64,000 nt of DNA from an uncultured Verrucomicrobiae bacterium (GTDB lineage Bacteria; Verrucomicrobiota; Verrucomicrobiia; Limisphaerales; Palsa-1400), in assembly GCA_963764165.1 (NCBI GenBank), contig CAVXRD010000004.1, forward strand, positions 704,001 to 768,000. The letters run 5' to 3'. This document shows positions 52,546-61,832 of this stretch, in pieces. Within the stretch, counting starts at the first letter, position 1. Each line of letters opens with the position of its first letter. The notes beneath the pieces are model-generated. The model worked only from the letters and a program-made list of their open reading frames with translations. It was not told where the DNA came from and did no database searches. A program made the position numbers and the translations under genes.

Positions 52546-54052
52546 CCGGAACGATGTAGTTGAAAAAAAGCCACCGATCGGGAACTGATTGGTGGTATAT
52601 GAAATCAACACAATCGTCGGACACACGCCCGGTTCACCAAACGGTGGCTGAACAATTTGAGATCAAAACCGGCGGCAAGACAATGGCAATTGGATTTACC
52701 GGGCAGCGGCTGAGTCCTCATGCTGGCAGCGCAACTTTTTGGGGATGGCTGCGGGAAACGGATTGGTCTGAACGCCTTGGGTCTGCTCTTCCGCATTCAC
52801 TGCCTTTGTCCAACAACAATCTGCTGCCTCTGGAAAAAGCCCTGGCCTTTACTCATGGATTGCTGTGCGACGCGCGCAAGCTGACCCATGTCTCTTATTT
52901 GCGCCGTGATCCGGTGGCCCCTGAGTTAATCGGCGTCCGGCGAGTGGCCAGCCAATCGGTGCTTTCGCGCTTTTTTGCAAAGTTTGATTCGGCGGGGGGC
53001 CAACCTGCGATGTTTTCGTCCGCTGTGGCATTGGGGCATGAAGCGGTTGCCCAGCGCCAAGGAGGGCTACACGCTGGATTTGGATTCGACGCGTTTGCTG
53101 CACGAGGATGGTCATCAGCAGGGAGTGGCGGTGGGATATACCCGAGTGGGACTCAAGCCCTGTTTGCATCCGCTGTTGGCTGTTCTGGCCGAAGTGAGGG
53201 TGGTGGCGCAACTGTGGTTGCGCCCCGGCAACACTTCCTGTGGCAACAATGTCGCGGCGTTCTTTCTGGATTTATGGGAAAACTTGCCCACCCACCTCCG
53301 CCTGGGCGGGGTGCGGGCCGATTCGGGATTTTGCCTGCCTGAGTTATTGGCTTTGTGGGAGCAGCTAAACTTGCCGTATGTGGTGGTGGCGCAACTGAGC
53401 CAGCCCATCAAGAGCATCCTGCGCAGCGGCTTGGTCTGGACCCAGACCGAGGTGACGGGAACGGAAGTCGCCGAGTTGATGTATCAGAGCCTGCATTGGC
53501 CGCACCCGCGGCGTCTGGTCCTGATCCGTCATCGGGTGGCGGACAAAGACCGGGCGGGCGGCAAGAAACTCATCGACGTGCCGGGCTATCTGTTTCAAGC
53601 CCTGGTCACCAGCCTGCCGACAACCACCGCTCCATTGGAAGTGTGGCGCCACTACAACGGCCGGGCCGATTGTGAAAATGTGATCAAGGAACTGCGAGAG
53701 GGGTTTGCCCTGCCAACGCTGTGCCTGAAAAAGTTCTGGGCGACGGAGGCCGCCTTGAGCCTGGCCGCCATGACTTACAATCTGACGGTGTTATTTCAAC
53801 GCCATTTGGGCTGGCAGAAAAAAGTCACTATCCAGACCCTGCGTTTCTGGTTGTTCATCACCGCCGGAGTGTTGAGTCATCCCGGCGGAAAAACCACCAT
53901 CAAACTGGCGGTTCCACCTCGTGAACGGGCTTGGTGGGGACGATTATGGGAAAAAATCCTCAGTCCATTTCCCAACTGCAATGCAGTAGAAAATCGCCCC
54001 GCATTCAGTGGATGAAATCTGTGAAAAATCAATCTCTACTACATGGTTCCGG
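52546..54052 (+). mobile_element. IS1380-family insertion sequence with 5-bp target duplication CTTAG
   Basis: Ends CCGGAACGATGTAGT / ACTACATGGTTCCGG; CTTAG at 52541-52545 and 54053-54057. Confidence 0.9.
52599..54015 (+). pseudogene. IS1380-family DDE transposase, frameshifted in a G run at ~52995
   Basis: LSPHAG, ASQSVLSRF; TLDLDST, HPLLA, LRPGN, VRADSGF, YNGRADCENVIKE; joins as FDSAGANLRCF if one G is removed. Confidence 0.85.
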
Positions 54053-54053
54053 C

Positions 54054-54296
54054 TTAGAGCCGGTCAGGAATGGCCGACTTGGCAAGCACCAAGGTTTTGC
54101 GTGGAATTCTTACCATGCGTTCATCGGGCCCGCATCCGGCCGAGGGCGGCAGCGCCCCTGCCAAATCCGTTATGTCGGCGCCGATAACGGCGAAATCGCC
54201 GCCGTCCAATTCCCAAATATCCGGGCAGCCGTGGCAGCCGGGCGTCTTCGCTCCGTTCTCATGCGGGTCCGGGCCAATGCGTTTGATAAAAATCAT
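54054..54296 (-). CDS. Small hypothetical protein with CxxCPDIWEL..GDFAVIG motif
   Basis: 80-aa ORF divergent from an XRE gene; its stop codon lies in the IS target duplication. Confidence 0.65.
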   Translation of the reverse strand: MIFIKRIGPDPHENGAKTPGCHGCPDIWELDGGDFAVIGADITDLAGALPPSAGCGPDERMVRIPRKTLVLAKSAIPDRL

Positions 54297-54364
54297 GCGG
54301 AACTATTACCAATGCATTGGTAAAAAGCAAGAACTTTTTCCATCGGCCATATCATGCAGCACGT

Positions 54365-54592
54365 ATGGGCAGAACACCCAAATCGCGGCGTGATGTTTTT
54401 GGAGCGTGGTTGCACCACTTGCGAACGGAGCAGGAATTGACGCAACAGAAACTGGCCGATTTAACCGGAATTTCCCAGCGTAACATCGCGTATTGGGAAC
54501 GCTCCGGGAAACTCAAGGGCCGCACGGAGATTCTCAAGTTGGCAAAAGCCCTGGGCGTCTCGGTGAAGGTGCTGCTGCGGGCGGATCGATAG
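54365..54592 (+). CDS. XRE-family HTH regulator
   Basis: LRTEQELTQQKLADLTGISQRNIAYWER....ILKLAKALGVS. Confidence 0.88.
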   Translation: MGRTPKSRRDVFGAWLHHLRTEQELTQQKLADLTGISQRNIAYWERSGKLKGRTEILKLAKALGVSVKVLLRADR

Positions 54593-54928
54593 CAAAGGGT
54601 GACATGCGCGCCCTCTCTTCAAAACTGCGTGCCTCCTGGCGCGACGCAGGCTCCTTATCCCACTTGGCGCAATAGTTCTCGTTCAAATCCGTCATCCGTC
54701 TCCAGTATTCGACGGGATCGTTCTCCTTTAATTCCAAGAGTCTCGCCAGTTGAGCCGAGCTTTCGATCATCAGTGTCTTTATCTCCGCGTCCGTCATTCT
54801 CGAAAGCTCCGGCTTTTCAAGAAGCTCCGAATATCCACCCTCGTGCAGTCGTTCCAAGTAGCCACTGCGAAAGGCGTTGCAGGTCAGGGCATTGGCTTCT
54901 TCTCGTATAGTCATGGGTCGTTTCATTG
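54534..54928 (-). CDS. Hypothetical protein
   Basis: Protein-like helical ORF (IREEANALT..AFRSGYLE.LH.G...RMTDAEIK.LMI); boundaries uncertain. Confidence 0.5.
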
Positions 54929-55019
54929 CATCTCGAATATTAACGAAGCATGTCAACAATTACAACTTGCCGACGTATTGCACATTTTGAAAATGAACTT
55001 GTCAATGCTGACCTCAAAC

Positions 55020-55035
55020 TTGCCTCAAAGCGCAA
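55020..55035. promoter_or_regulatory. Operator-like palindrome variant upstream of the Replic_Relax gene
   Basis: TTGCCTCAAAGCGCAA followed by CTCTTGACGCCTACCGC. Confidence 0.55.
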
Positions 55036-55077
55036 CTCTTGACGCCTACCGCGCCATTTCCCTGCTGATATTCTGGA

Positions 55078-55998
55078 GTGATGGAGTCCAATCGTCTGCC
55101 CCGTTTCAATCGCGCCGCCGCCGTTGCCCCGATGCAGTTGACGGAACGTGACCGTGGCATCATCAAATGGGTGCGCGAGCACCGGCTTTTGCGTTCATCG
55201 CATATCGTGTCACTCGCGGACGGAAGCCCCCAGCAGGTATTGCGGCGCCTGCAATTGCTGTATCATCACGGATTCCTGGAGCGTCCGCGCACACAGATTG
55301 AATATTACCACCAAGGGGGTTCCCGCTCGGTCGTGTACGGCCTCGGAAAGGAAGGCGCGTCCGTATTGAATCGAAAGGCTGGAGGGGATAGCCAATTTTT
55401 CCAATCCGGCGGAAAGCCGCCTCCTGTGAGCCGACTCTTTTTTGAACATACCCTGTTTGTTTCCGACATCATGGTGGGTCTCGAACTGGCCTGCCGCAAA
55501 GCGGAGGGCATCCGCCTGCTTGCGGGAGAGGAATTGCCCATCGCAGGCGGTCGCCAAAAGACATTCAAATTGAGAGTCAAGGTGAATAGCCAAGTCTCAC
55601 TCGGCATCATTCCTGACTGCGTGTTTGCCATCGCCTTCGACGAGGAATCGCCCGACCGATCCCCCACCGTATATTTCCTCGAAGCCGACCGGGGGACGAT
55701 GCCCATTGTCCGCACCAATCTTTCGCAGACCTCATTCTACCGGAAACTCCTCGCCTACCAGGCGGCATGGTCACAAGGCCTGCATCGTTCTCAATGCGGA
55801 ATTCATCGGTTCCGGGTGCTCACGGTGACGACGAGCGCAGAGAGGGTGGAATCAATGATAGCTGCATGTTCAGAGTTGAAAAGCGGGCATGGCCTCTTTC
55901 TCTTTTGCGATTGGGCTGCGTTGCAACAACACGGCCATATGCTCAGTGCGCCTTGGAAAACCGGCAGACGCGGAGAAGCCGCCAGTTTGTTGCCGTAG
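55078..55998 (+). CDS. Replication-relaxation (Replic_Relax) family protein, putative relaxase
   Basis: LTERD..I...V..HR.L winged helix; RRLQLL...G.L; HTLFVSD; IPD; FLEADRGT. Confidence 0.85.
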   Translation: MMESNRLPRFNRAAAVAPMQLTERDRGIIKWVREHRLLRSSHIVSLADGSPQQVLRRLQLLYHHGFLERPRTQIEYYHQGGSRSVVYGLGKEGASVLNRKAGGDSQFFQSGGKPPPVSRLFFEHTLFVSDIMVGLELACRKAEGIRLLAGEELPIAGGRQKTFKLRVKVNSQVSLGIIPDCVFAIAFDEESPDRSPTVYFLEADRGTMPIVRTNLSQTSFYRKLLAYQAAWSQGLHRSQCGIHRFRVLTVTTSAERVESMIAACSELKSGHGLFLFCDWAALQQHGHMLSAPWKTGRRGEAASLLP

Positions 55999-56110
55999 AC
56001 GGCAATTCTTCCCTCCTACCGCGAACCCATTCCAAGGGATACCATATTCCCCGGAGACGGTGCATTTCGTGAGCCGCAATCAGTTCTTCATTAGCTCGTT
56101 GACAATTCAC
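55990..56110 (+). repeat. Copy 1 of ~120-bp conserved promoter/leader repeat, starting with TTGCCGTAGACGGCAA
   Basis: Match to 57487-57606 (ATATTCCCCGGAGAC, CATTTCGTGAGCCG, AGTTCTTCA, TCGTTGACAATT). Confidence 0.88.
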
Positions 56111-56215
56111 ACCAGAAATTCGAACTGATTGAATCGCGTCAGATCAGCGGCGCGAGAGGAATAGGATGCTCTGCTCTCCGGTCATTCAACAAAAACAACC
56201 CCACGAAGGGAAAAC

Positions 56216-57310
56216 ATGAACGCAACTATGAATCCGCCCGAGGCGGAATCCATCACCCTGTATTACCGAGAGGGTTCCTCGGACAAGGTATATCAATGCA
56301 GCATTGAGCCAAGCGGGCAATTATTCGTCGTCACCTTCGCCTACGGGCGCAGAGGCGCGACGATGCAGACGGGGACCAAAACATCAGCGCCGGTCGATTA
56401 CGAGACGGCCAAGGGGATCTATCACAAACTCATCCGGGAGAAAACTGCCAAAGGGTACACCCCCGGCGCAGATGGCACGCCGCATTGGCAAACCAGAAAT
56501 GAAGGGCGTGCCACAGAGATTCGACCGCAACTTCTCAACCCGATTGCGGAGCATGAGGTCGAAGGGTTCATCAAAGACACGGCCTGGTGCATGCAGGAGA
56601 AAAAGGATGGAAGGCGCATCTTGCTGCAAAAGCAAGGGGCTGCCATCCACGGGATCAACAAGAAGGGGCTGCTTGTCGGGTTGCCCTCACCGATAGTTCA
56701 TCAGGCAGGTAAATTCGGGAGCGATGTCATCATCGATGGTGAAGGCGTCGGAGACGTGTTGTACGCGTTTGATCTGTTGAAACTCGGTGATCAATCCCTG
56801 GTCAGCCGACCCTACCAGGCACGTCTGGCATTGTTGACCGAATTGCTGAATGCCCCGTTCGTCACGTTCATTGAGGTGGTTGACACAGCCTTCGCCCCTG
56901 CCGAGAAGGCGATCCTCTTCAACCGGCTCACGGAGGGCAGAAAAGAGGGCGTCGTGTTCAAGCGATTGGACGCGCCGTACACGCCGGGGAGGCCGGGAAG
57001 CGGCGGCACACAACTCAAACACAAGTTCTGCGCCACCCTCTCAGCCGTTGTGGCAAAGGTCAACGCGCAACGCAGCGTAGAGGTCCGACTGTTCTCTCCC
57101 GACGGGTGGGTGACTGCCGGAAACGTCACCATTCCACCGAACCATGATGTTCCGAAGATCGGCGCAGTCGCGGAGATTAAATACCTCTACGCCATGCCGG
57201 CAAGCGGCTGTCTGTATCAGACGGTGTACTTGGGTGTGCGCACCGACGTGGAGACACATGAATGCGTCGTCTCGCAGTTGAAGTTCAGAGGGGATGACGA
57301 CGAGGGATGA
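56216..57310 (+). CDS. WGR domain + ATP-dependent DNA ligase (adenylation and OB-fold domains)
   Basis: SSDKVY...YGRRG...EKTAKGY; QEKKDGRR (KxDGxR), IDGE, AFDLL, EGVVFK, LKHK, YLGVRTD. Confidence 0.85.
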   Translation: MNATMNPPEAESITLYYREGSSDKVYQCSIEPSGQLFVVTFAYGRRGATMQTGTKTSAPVDYETAKGIYHKLIREKTAKGYTPGADGTPHWQTRNEGRATEIRPQLLNPIAEHEVEGFIKDTAWCMQEKKDGRRILLQKQGAAIHGINKKGLLVGLPSPIVHQAGKFGSDVIIDGEGVGDVLYAFDLLKLGDQSLVSRPYQARLALLTELLNAPFVTFIEVVDTAFAPAEKAILFNRLTEGRKEGVVFKRLDAPYTPGRPGSGGTQLKHKFCATLSAVVAKVNAQRSVEVRLFSPDGWVTAGNVTIPPNHDVPKIGAVAEIKYLYAMPASGCLYQTVYLGVRTDVETHECVVSQLKFRGDDDEG

Positions 57311-57399
57311 ACGTCAATGCTCATCCGAGCAACCGCACGCAGCCGCTCATACACAGGCAAAACAATCTTCTAACGCGTCTTGAATTCGAGAGATTCCAT

Positions 57400-57440
57400 A
57401 GCGCCAAACTTCACCGTGGAGGTGGGTCTGGCGCTTTTTC
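57400..57440 (+). terminator. Probable intrinsic terminator
   Basis: AGCGCCA...TGGCGCT stem followed by a T run. Confidence 0.55.
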
Positions 57441-57486
57441 TTAGAACGTGCGGAGTCTATTGCTGGTTGATTTATTGAGCCAATAC

Positions 57487-57606
57487 TTGCCGTCGGCGGC
57501 AATTCTTACCTCCTACCCCGCTTCCGTTCCAGGGCATACTATATTCCCCGGAGACAGTTCATTTCGTGAGCCGTCCCTAGTTCTTCACCAGTTCGTTGAC
57601 AATTAA
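57487..57606 (+). repeat. Copy 2 of ~120-bp conserved promoter/leader repeat, starting with TTGCCGTCGGCGGCAA
   Basis: Match to 55990-56110. Confidence 0.88.
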
Positions 57607-57620
57607 CCCAAGGAATACCC

Positions 57621-58649
57621 ATGCCAAAAACAAAGTTCGTTGACTTCAAGGCCGTCAAATCAGCCATCACCATGGAGCAGGTGCTCAGGCACTACAACTT
57701 GCTTGATACGTTCAAGCGGAGTGGTGACAGCCTCTCCGGCCCATGCCCCATCCACAAAGGATCAAACCCGACGCAGTTTCGAGTGAGCGTTTCCAAGAAT
57801 GTGTGGAATTGCTTTTCGGAATGTAAACATGGCGGCAACACCCTCGACTTCATCGCGAGGATGGACAATGTGAGCATCCACGCGGCGGCAGTCAGGGCCG
57901 TCGAATGGTTCAACCTCGATGCCGATGCTGTGGCTGCGGATTCCGAACCGGAACCCGAGGAAACCAATGGCAGATCGCATTCCGCAGAAAGCCCACGTCC
58001 GCGTCCGGCCTCAAGCACGCCAGTATTAGACAACGTCCCGCCCAACAAACCACTGAAATTCAAGTTGGACAAATTAGACCAGAATCATCCCGCGCTTGCG
58101 GAGCGCAAACTGACGCCCGAAACCATCAATGATTTCGGAATCGGTTTTTGTGCCAAAGGTATGATGGCGGATCGAATCGCCATCCCCATCCGCAATGCGG
58201 AGGGAGCGGTCGTTGCCTATGCAGGACGCTGGCCAGGAGAACCGGCAGAGGATACTCCCAAATACAAGCTGCCGCAGGGTTTCCGCAAATCGCTCGAACT
58301 GTTCAACATTGATCGGGCGATCAAGGAACCGAGCGAGTTGCCTCTCGTCATCGTTGAGGGATTCTTCGGCACGATGACGCTCCACCAGCACGGCTGCCGC
58401 AAGGTCGTCGCCCTCATGGGCAGCACCATGTCGGCCGCCCAGGAGGGGTTGCTACGAAAGCATACCACGGCCAACAGCCAGGTCATCGTCATGCTGGACG
58501 AGGACGATGCGGGCCGGGCGGGACGCGAGGACATCGCGGTGCGCCTCTCCAGGTTCCTCTATGTGAAGGTTCATGCCTTCGCTGAGGAGGGACGGCAGCC
58601 GGAAAGCCTCAGCGCGGAAGAATTACTGGCCATATATCCGAAGGCATGA
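57621..58649 (+). CDS. DnaG-like primase (CHC2 zinc finger + TOPRIM)
   Basis: CPIH...WNCFSEC.HGG; RIAIPI..YAGR; PKY; IVEGFF; ALMGS; MLDEDDAG. Confidence 0.88.
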   Translation: MPKTKFVDFKAVKSAITMEQVLRHYNLLDTFKRSGDSLSGPCPIHKGSNPTQFRVSVSKNVWNCFSECKHGGNTLDFIARMDNVSIHAAAVRAVEWFNLDADAVAADSEPEPEETNGRSHSAESPRPRPASSTPVLDNVPPNKPLKFKLDKLDQNHPALAERKLTPETINDFGIGFCAKGMMADRIAIPIRNAEGAVVAYAGRWPGEPAEDTPKYKLPQGFRKSLELFNIDRAIKEPSELPLVIVEGFFGTMTLHQHGCRKVVALMGSTMSAAQEGLLRKHTTANSQVIVMLDEDDAGRAGREDIAVRLSRFLYVKVHAFAEEGRQPESLSAEELLAIYPKA

Positions 58650-58652
58650 TCT

Positions 58653-58979
58653 ATGGACGTTCATTGTTCTACCTGCGGCGAGCCGTGGGATGTCTATCAT
58701 CTCTGGCACGACGCCATTTATGACGTGTTGCCGGATGACGAGGCTAAAGCCTGGTGTTCGCTTCCTCGTGAGAAAAAGCTCACGGAGGATTATCGGAAGG
58801 AATTCCGCAGCGCCGGCTGGGAATTCGGGCGGTCTATCATTAATGTCATCCGCTGCCCGGCGTGTCCCAAGGACACGAAGCCGGACGAGGAGAAAGTCCA
58901 AACCAAAGCTGCTATCGAGGAACTCTTGGGCGGCGACGAGGATGGATTGGCCGCCACATTCGAGGACTTCGGCCTATGA
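58653..58979 (+). CDS. Hypothetical protein with two CxxC pairs
   Basis: MDVHCSTCGEPWD...CPACP...LLGGDEDG; 3 nt after the primase stop. Confidence 0.6.
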   Translation: MDVHCSTCGEPWDVYHLWHDAIYDVLPDDEAKAWCSLPREKKLTEDYRKEFRSAGWEFGRSIINVIRCPACPKDTKPDEEKVQTKAAIEELLGGDEDGLAATFEDFGL

Positions 58980-59060
58980 ATCCCGAATGCACAAGCGAGA
59001 ACCTCTCAGTTCTTCGTCGCGTCATCAGCACGGCTAAACCAAACAAGCCGAAAGGGCCAG

Positions 59061-59615
59061 ATGACGTTGCCCGAGGAACGCGGGGAGTTTCAGGGTGCCA
59101 GCGTGCGGCTCTATCAAGCCTTCAACTTGGAGACGCTGCTTGCCTATCCGTATGACTATTTCGGCGACATTCTCGCTGAGAATCGTCACGGACGCCACCT
59201 TGGCTTCTATCCCACCCCCATGGATGTCTCTGTCCTCATGGCAGAGATGACCTTGGGCGAGGAGGATGCGCGGGCCAAGAGCATCTGCGATCCGTGTGTC
59301 GGAACCGGACGGCTGCTCCTTGCGGCTTCAAATCGTTCCTACCGCCTCTATGGCAACGACATCAATCCAACGGTCATCAAGGCCACGCTCGTCAACGGCT
59401 TCCTCTATGCGCCGTGGCTCGTGCGTCCCTTCCCGTTTCTTGACCCGCCGCTCTGTGATCCGTCGCAAAGCCAGGAGGTGAGCGATGCCATCGCGGCCCA
59501 GGCGAACATCCAAGGCACCGAGCACGACGCTCGCGAGCAATGGAAGTTCGAGCCGATCAAAAAGCGACGACGAATCGGAGAGCCTGCTTCAGAGCAAGGC
59601 ATTCTGTTTGGCTGA
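59061..59615 (+). CDS. Partial N6-adenine methyltransferase-like protein (SAM-binding part only)
   Basis: GFYPTP, DPCVGTGRLL, YGNDIN; no NPPY/DPPY motif seen. Confidence 0.6.
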   Translation: MTLPEERGEFQGASVRLYQAFNLETLLAYPYDYFGDILAENRHGRHLGFYPTPMDVSVLMAEMTLGEEDARAKSICDPCVGTGRLLLAASNRSYRLYGNDINPTVIKATLVNGFLYAPWLVRPFPFLDPPLCDPSQSQEVSDAIAAQANIQGTEHDAREQWKFEPIKKRRRIGEPASEQGILFG

Positions 59616-59621
59616 TTCAAA

Positions 59622-59655
59622 CAACCTCTTTCCCACGGAAGAGGTTGCCCTTTTT
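59622..59655 (+). terminator. Probable intrinsic terminator
   Basis: CAACCTCTT...AAGAGGTTG stem then CCCTTTTT. Confidence 0.55.
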
Positions 59656-59778
59656 CCAACGTGGCAGGGACTCCGCCACCATACCTCTCGCTGTCAACAA
59701 AGCGCCGTCCGCGCTTCCAGCAAGAGTATCTAACCAGAAGCAACCCGCAGGAACGGGTGGACGGCACAAGGAGAGTAT

Positions 59779-60030
59779 ATGGAACAGCAACCCGCGTTCA
59801 AGAGAGATGACGGAAATCCACCCTCGAATCCGATAATCCCGTCAGATCGGACACCATCCCGTTCCCTCAAAGTCGAGGCGGACGGAGGCCGGTATGACAG
59901 GGCCATCAAACCCAAAATACGGTTGAGGGGCAACTGGCTCGAACGGGCCGGATTCAAACCGGGAAGCCGGGTCAGTATAGTCTGCGTGGCTTCCGGCTTC
60001 ATCGAATTGCGTTCGCAGGAGGCGGCATGA
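59779..60030 (+). CDS. SymE-like (AbrB-fold) type I toxin family protein
   Basis: PKIRLRGNWLERAGFKPGSRVSI; AAGGAG RBS upstream. Confidence 0.72.
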   Translation: MEQQPAFKRDDGNPPSNPIIPSDRTPSRSLKVEADGGRYDRAIKPKIRLRGNWLERAGFKPGSRVSIVCVASGFIELRSQEAA

Positions 60031-60336
60031 ATGAAAACCAAACGCAAACCCCATCAACCCAACCTGAACCAGCCGGAACTGGTCGGGTTGGTCTGGCGGC
60101 CACGGCAATTCCAGTTCCGACTCCGCGTCGGCGATGTCGTTCGCTTGGACAATCGGCTTTGCCGTGTTGTCAGGGTGAACGAATGCGCGGCGGTTCTCTT
60201 AATGAACCAGCCCGCGCGCCAGTTCAAGACCCGCTTTGACCGGCCCGTTAGGTTCGAGCTGCCACCATCATTGACGCGGGTTTCGTCCAACGCCGACCTT
60301 GAAATCCTGAACCGCAAAGAAAGGAAATCCAGATGA
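60031..60336 (+). CDS. Hypothetical protein
   Basis: Abuts the SymE-like gene; LRVGDVV...VVRVNECAAV. Confidence 0.5.
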   Translation: MKTKRKPHQPNLNQPELVGLVWRPRQFQFRLRVGDVVRLDNRLCRVVRVNECAAVLLMNQPARQFKTRFDRPVRFELPPSLTRVSSNADLEILNRKERKSR

Positions 60337-60342
60337 GCACCA

Positions 60343-60606
60343 ATGCGTATGACCGAGAAAGGGGGCTTTGGTTCTGACCCGTATTGCCGGGAGGAACTGA
60401 TCGCCGAAATCGGGGCAGCGTTTCTCTGCGGAGAGGCGGAGATGGGCGAGCGCACCATCGACAATTCGGCAGCGTATGTCGCTGAATGGTTGAAACGTCT
60501 CAAAGAGGACAAGAAACTGATCATTCAGGCGGCAGCACAAGCCCAACGGGCGGCGGACTTCGTTCTGGGTAGGATATTCGACGACAGCGCGTCGGCCCAA
60601 GACTGA
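60343..60606 (+). pseudogene. ardC: C-terminal fragment of ArdC-like antirestriction protein
   Basis: FGS.PY..EELIAEIGAAFLC...NSAAYV..WL..LK.D...I..AAAQAQRAADF; N-terminal domain absent. Confidence 0.75.
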
Positions 60607-60722
60607 ACTGCCCATACGAGAGACGTCAGTGATGTCGCACTCGGCGGGCGATGAATAATCTGTCCCAGATGTCTTTGCGGCCTCACATGGATGCAAGTTG
60701 AGCTTCCAACCCAAATACACCT

Positions 60723-60754
60723 AACCCCGCCCAAACAGGGCGGGGTTCTTTTTT
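60723..60754 (+). terminator. Intrinsic terminator
   Basis: AACCCCGCCC-AAACA-GGGCGGGGTT followed by CTTTTTT. Confidence 0.85.
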
Positions 60755-60930
60755 GGCCGACATTACAATTACTCAATGCCGCGGAATCCACGATAAATGC
60801 AAATCTAAGGACTTTAGGAGAAACCGGCGCAGTTAAAGAAAAGACAACGACTTCTTGACTGGACAAAGTCGACCGACTTGGATAGACACTAGGAATACCG
60901 GTCTGTTTTTGGACGAAAACGTGTGCGAAA

Positions 60931-61710
60931 ATGAGTCAAATAGCGAAACAATTCTTTCTGTTCCTTATAATGGCCATTGTGCTCGGTGGAGCAGTTAGGC
61001 TTGTTCGCACCCAATCCACGACGATCTCAGCTAGCCAACCGGCTCGCGCGCCAGCCTTGGCACCGGCGGCGGTTCCTACGAGCCATCCAACTGCACCCCG
61101 GCAAGCGTCTGTCTCCATTGATCAAAACGGATGGTGCGAGCCCATCGTCATTCCGAAAGGTCTGCGTGTTAAATGGCATATCAGTGATCCTAATGCTTGG
61201 CTTGATATGAGGATCAATGGGTCTCAAGAATATCGTCAGCCGCCATTCAATGATGCTCGATGGAAGGCGACTCGAATCAGCAACCGTATCGATAGTCTAG
61301 AGTTTATGATCCCTACCGGCACTCGAGTTAAAAACGCTCTGGTTCAATACGCCGTGGGAATATCTCTCACAAATGTTCAGCTTCCAAGTCTTCAGCCTCC
61401 CCCAAAAAAAGATACGTCGTGGCCAATCGGAGATCTTCCCACGCGCGAGATCACTATTCCGCCTCCTGGTTATGTATTCGGAACTGAGGTGACGGATACG
61501 ATTTACCCTATCGAGGATGTGTATTACCGCATTGAGCCTGATTGGGCTGCCACACCAAATGCAGACACAGGCGCGAACTCTATTCAAATCGCTCCGCTTA
61601 AGGGAGGGATACGGAGTTCTGTTAACAACCAATGCGACGGATTACGCATTCGAGTTTCGGCTCCAGGAATGAATCCCGTTACGATTCGCTTTTCTTTTGC
61701 CCCGCAATAG
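60931..61710 (+). CDS. Hypothetical exported or membrane-anchored protein
   Basis: N-terminal hydrophobic helix, Pro/Ala linker, two beta-rich domains. Confidence 0.6.
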   Translation: MSQIAKQFFLFLIMAIVLGGAVRLVRTQSTTISASQPARAPALAPAAVPTSHPTAPRQASVSIDQNGWCEPIVIPKGLRVKWHISDPNAWLDMRINGSQEYRQPPFNDARWKATRISNRIDSLEFMIPTGTRVKNALVQYAVGISLTNVQLPSLQPPPKKDTSWPIGDLPTREITIPPPGYVFGTEVTDTIYPIEDVYYRIEPDWAATPNADTGANSIQIAPLKGGIRSSVNNQCDGLRIRVSAPGMNPVTIRFSFAPQ

Positions 61711-61832
61711 GACGAAAGCAAATTTCGCCACGTTCGCAGCCCAGATAGCAATATCAATTTCGCCCCCAAAAAGATAAATATCAGATCTTGCTTTGAGCAA
61801 ACTGGTAAAATTGCTCCAACGTGTCACGCGCG

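Noticed and set aside
52975..53010. Programmed frameshift in the IS1380 transposase
   Set aside because: The shift lies in a G homopolymer and this family normally has one ORF; a sequencing error or simple slippage is more likely
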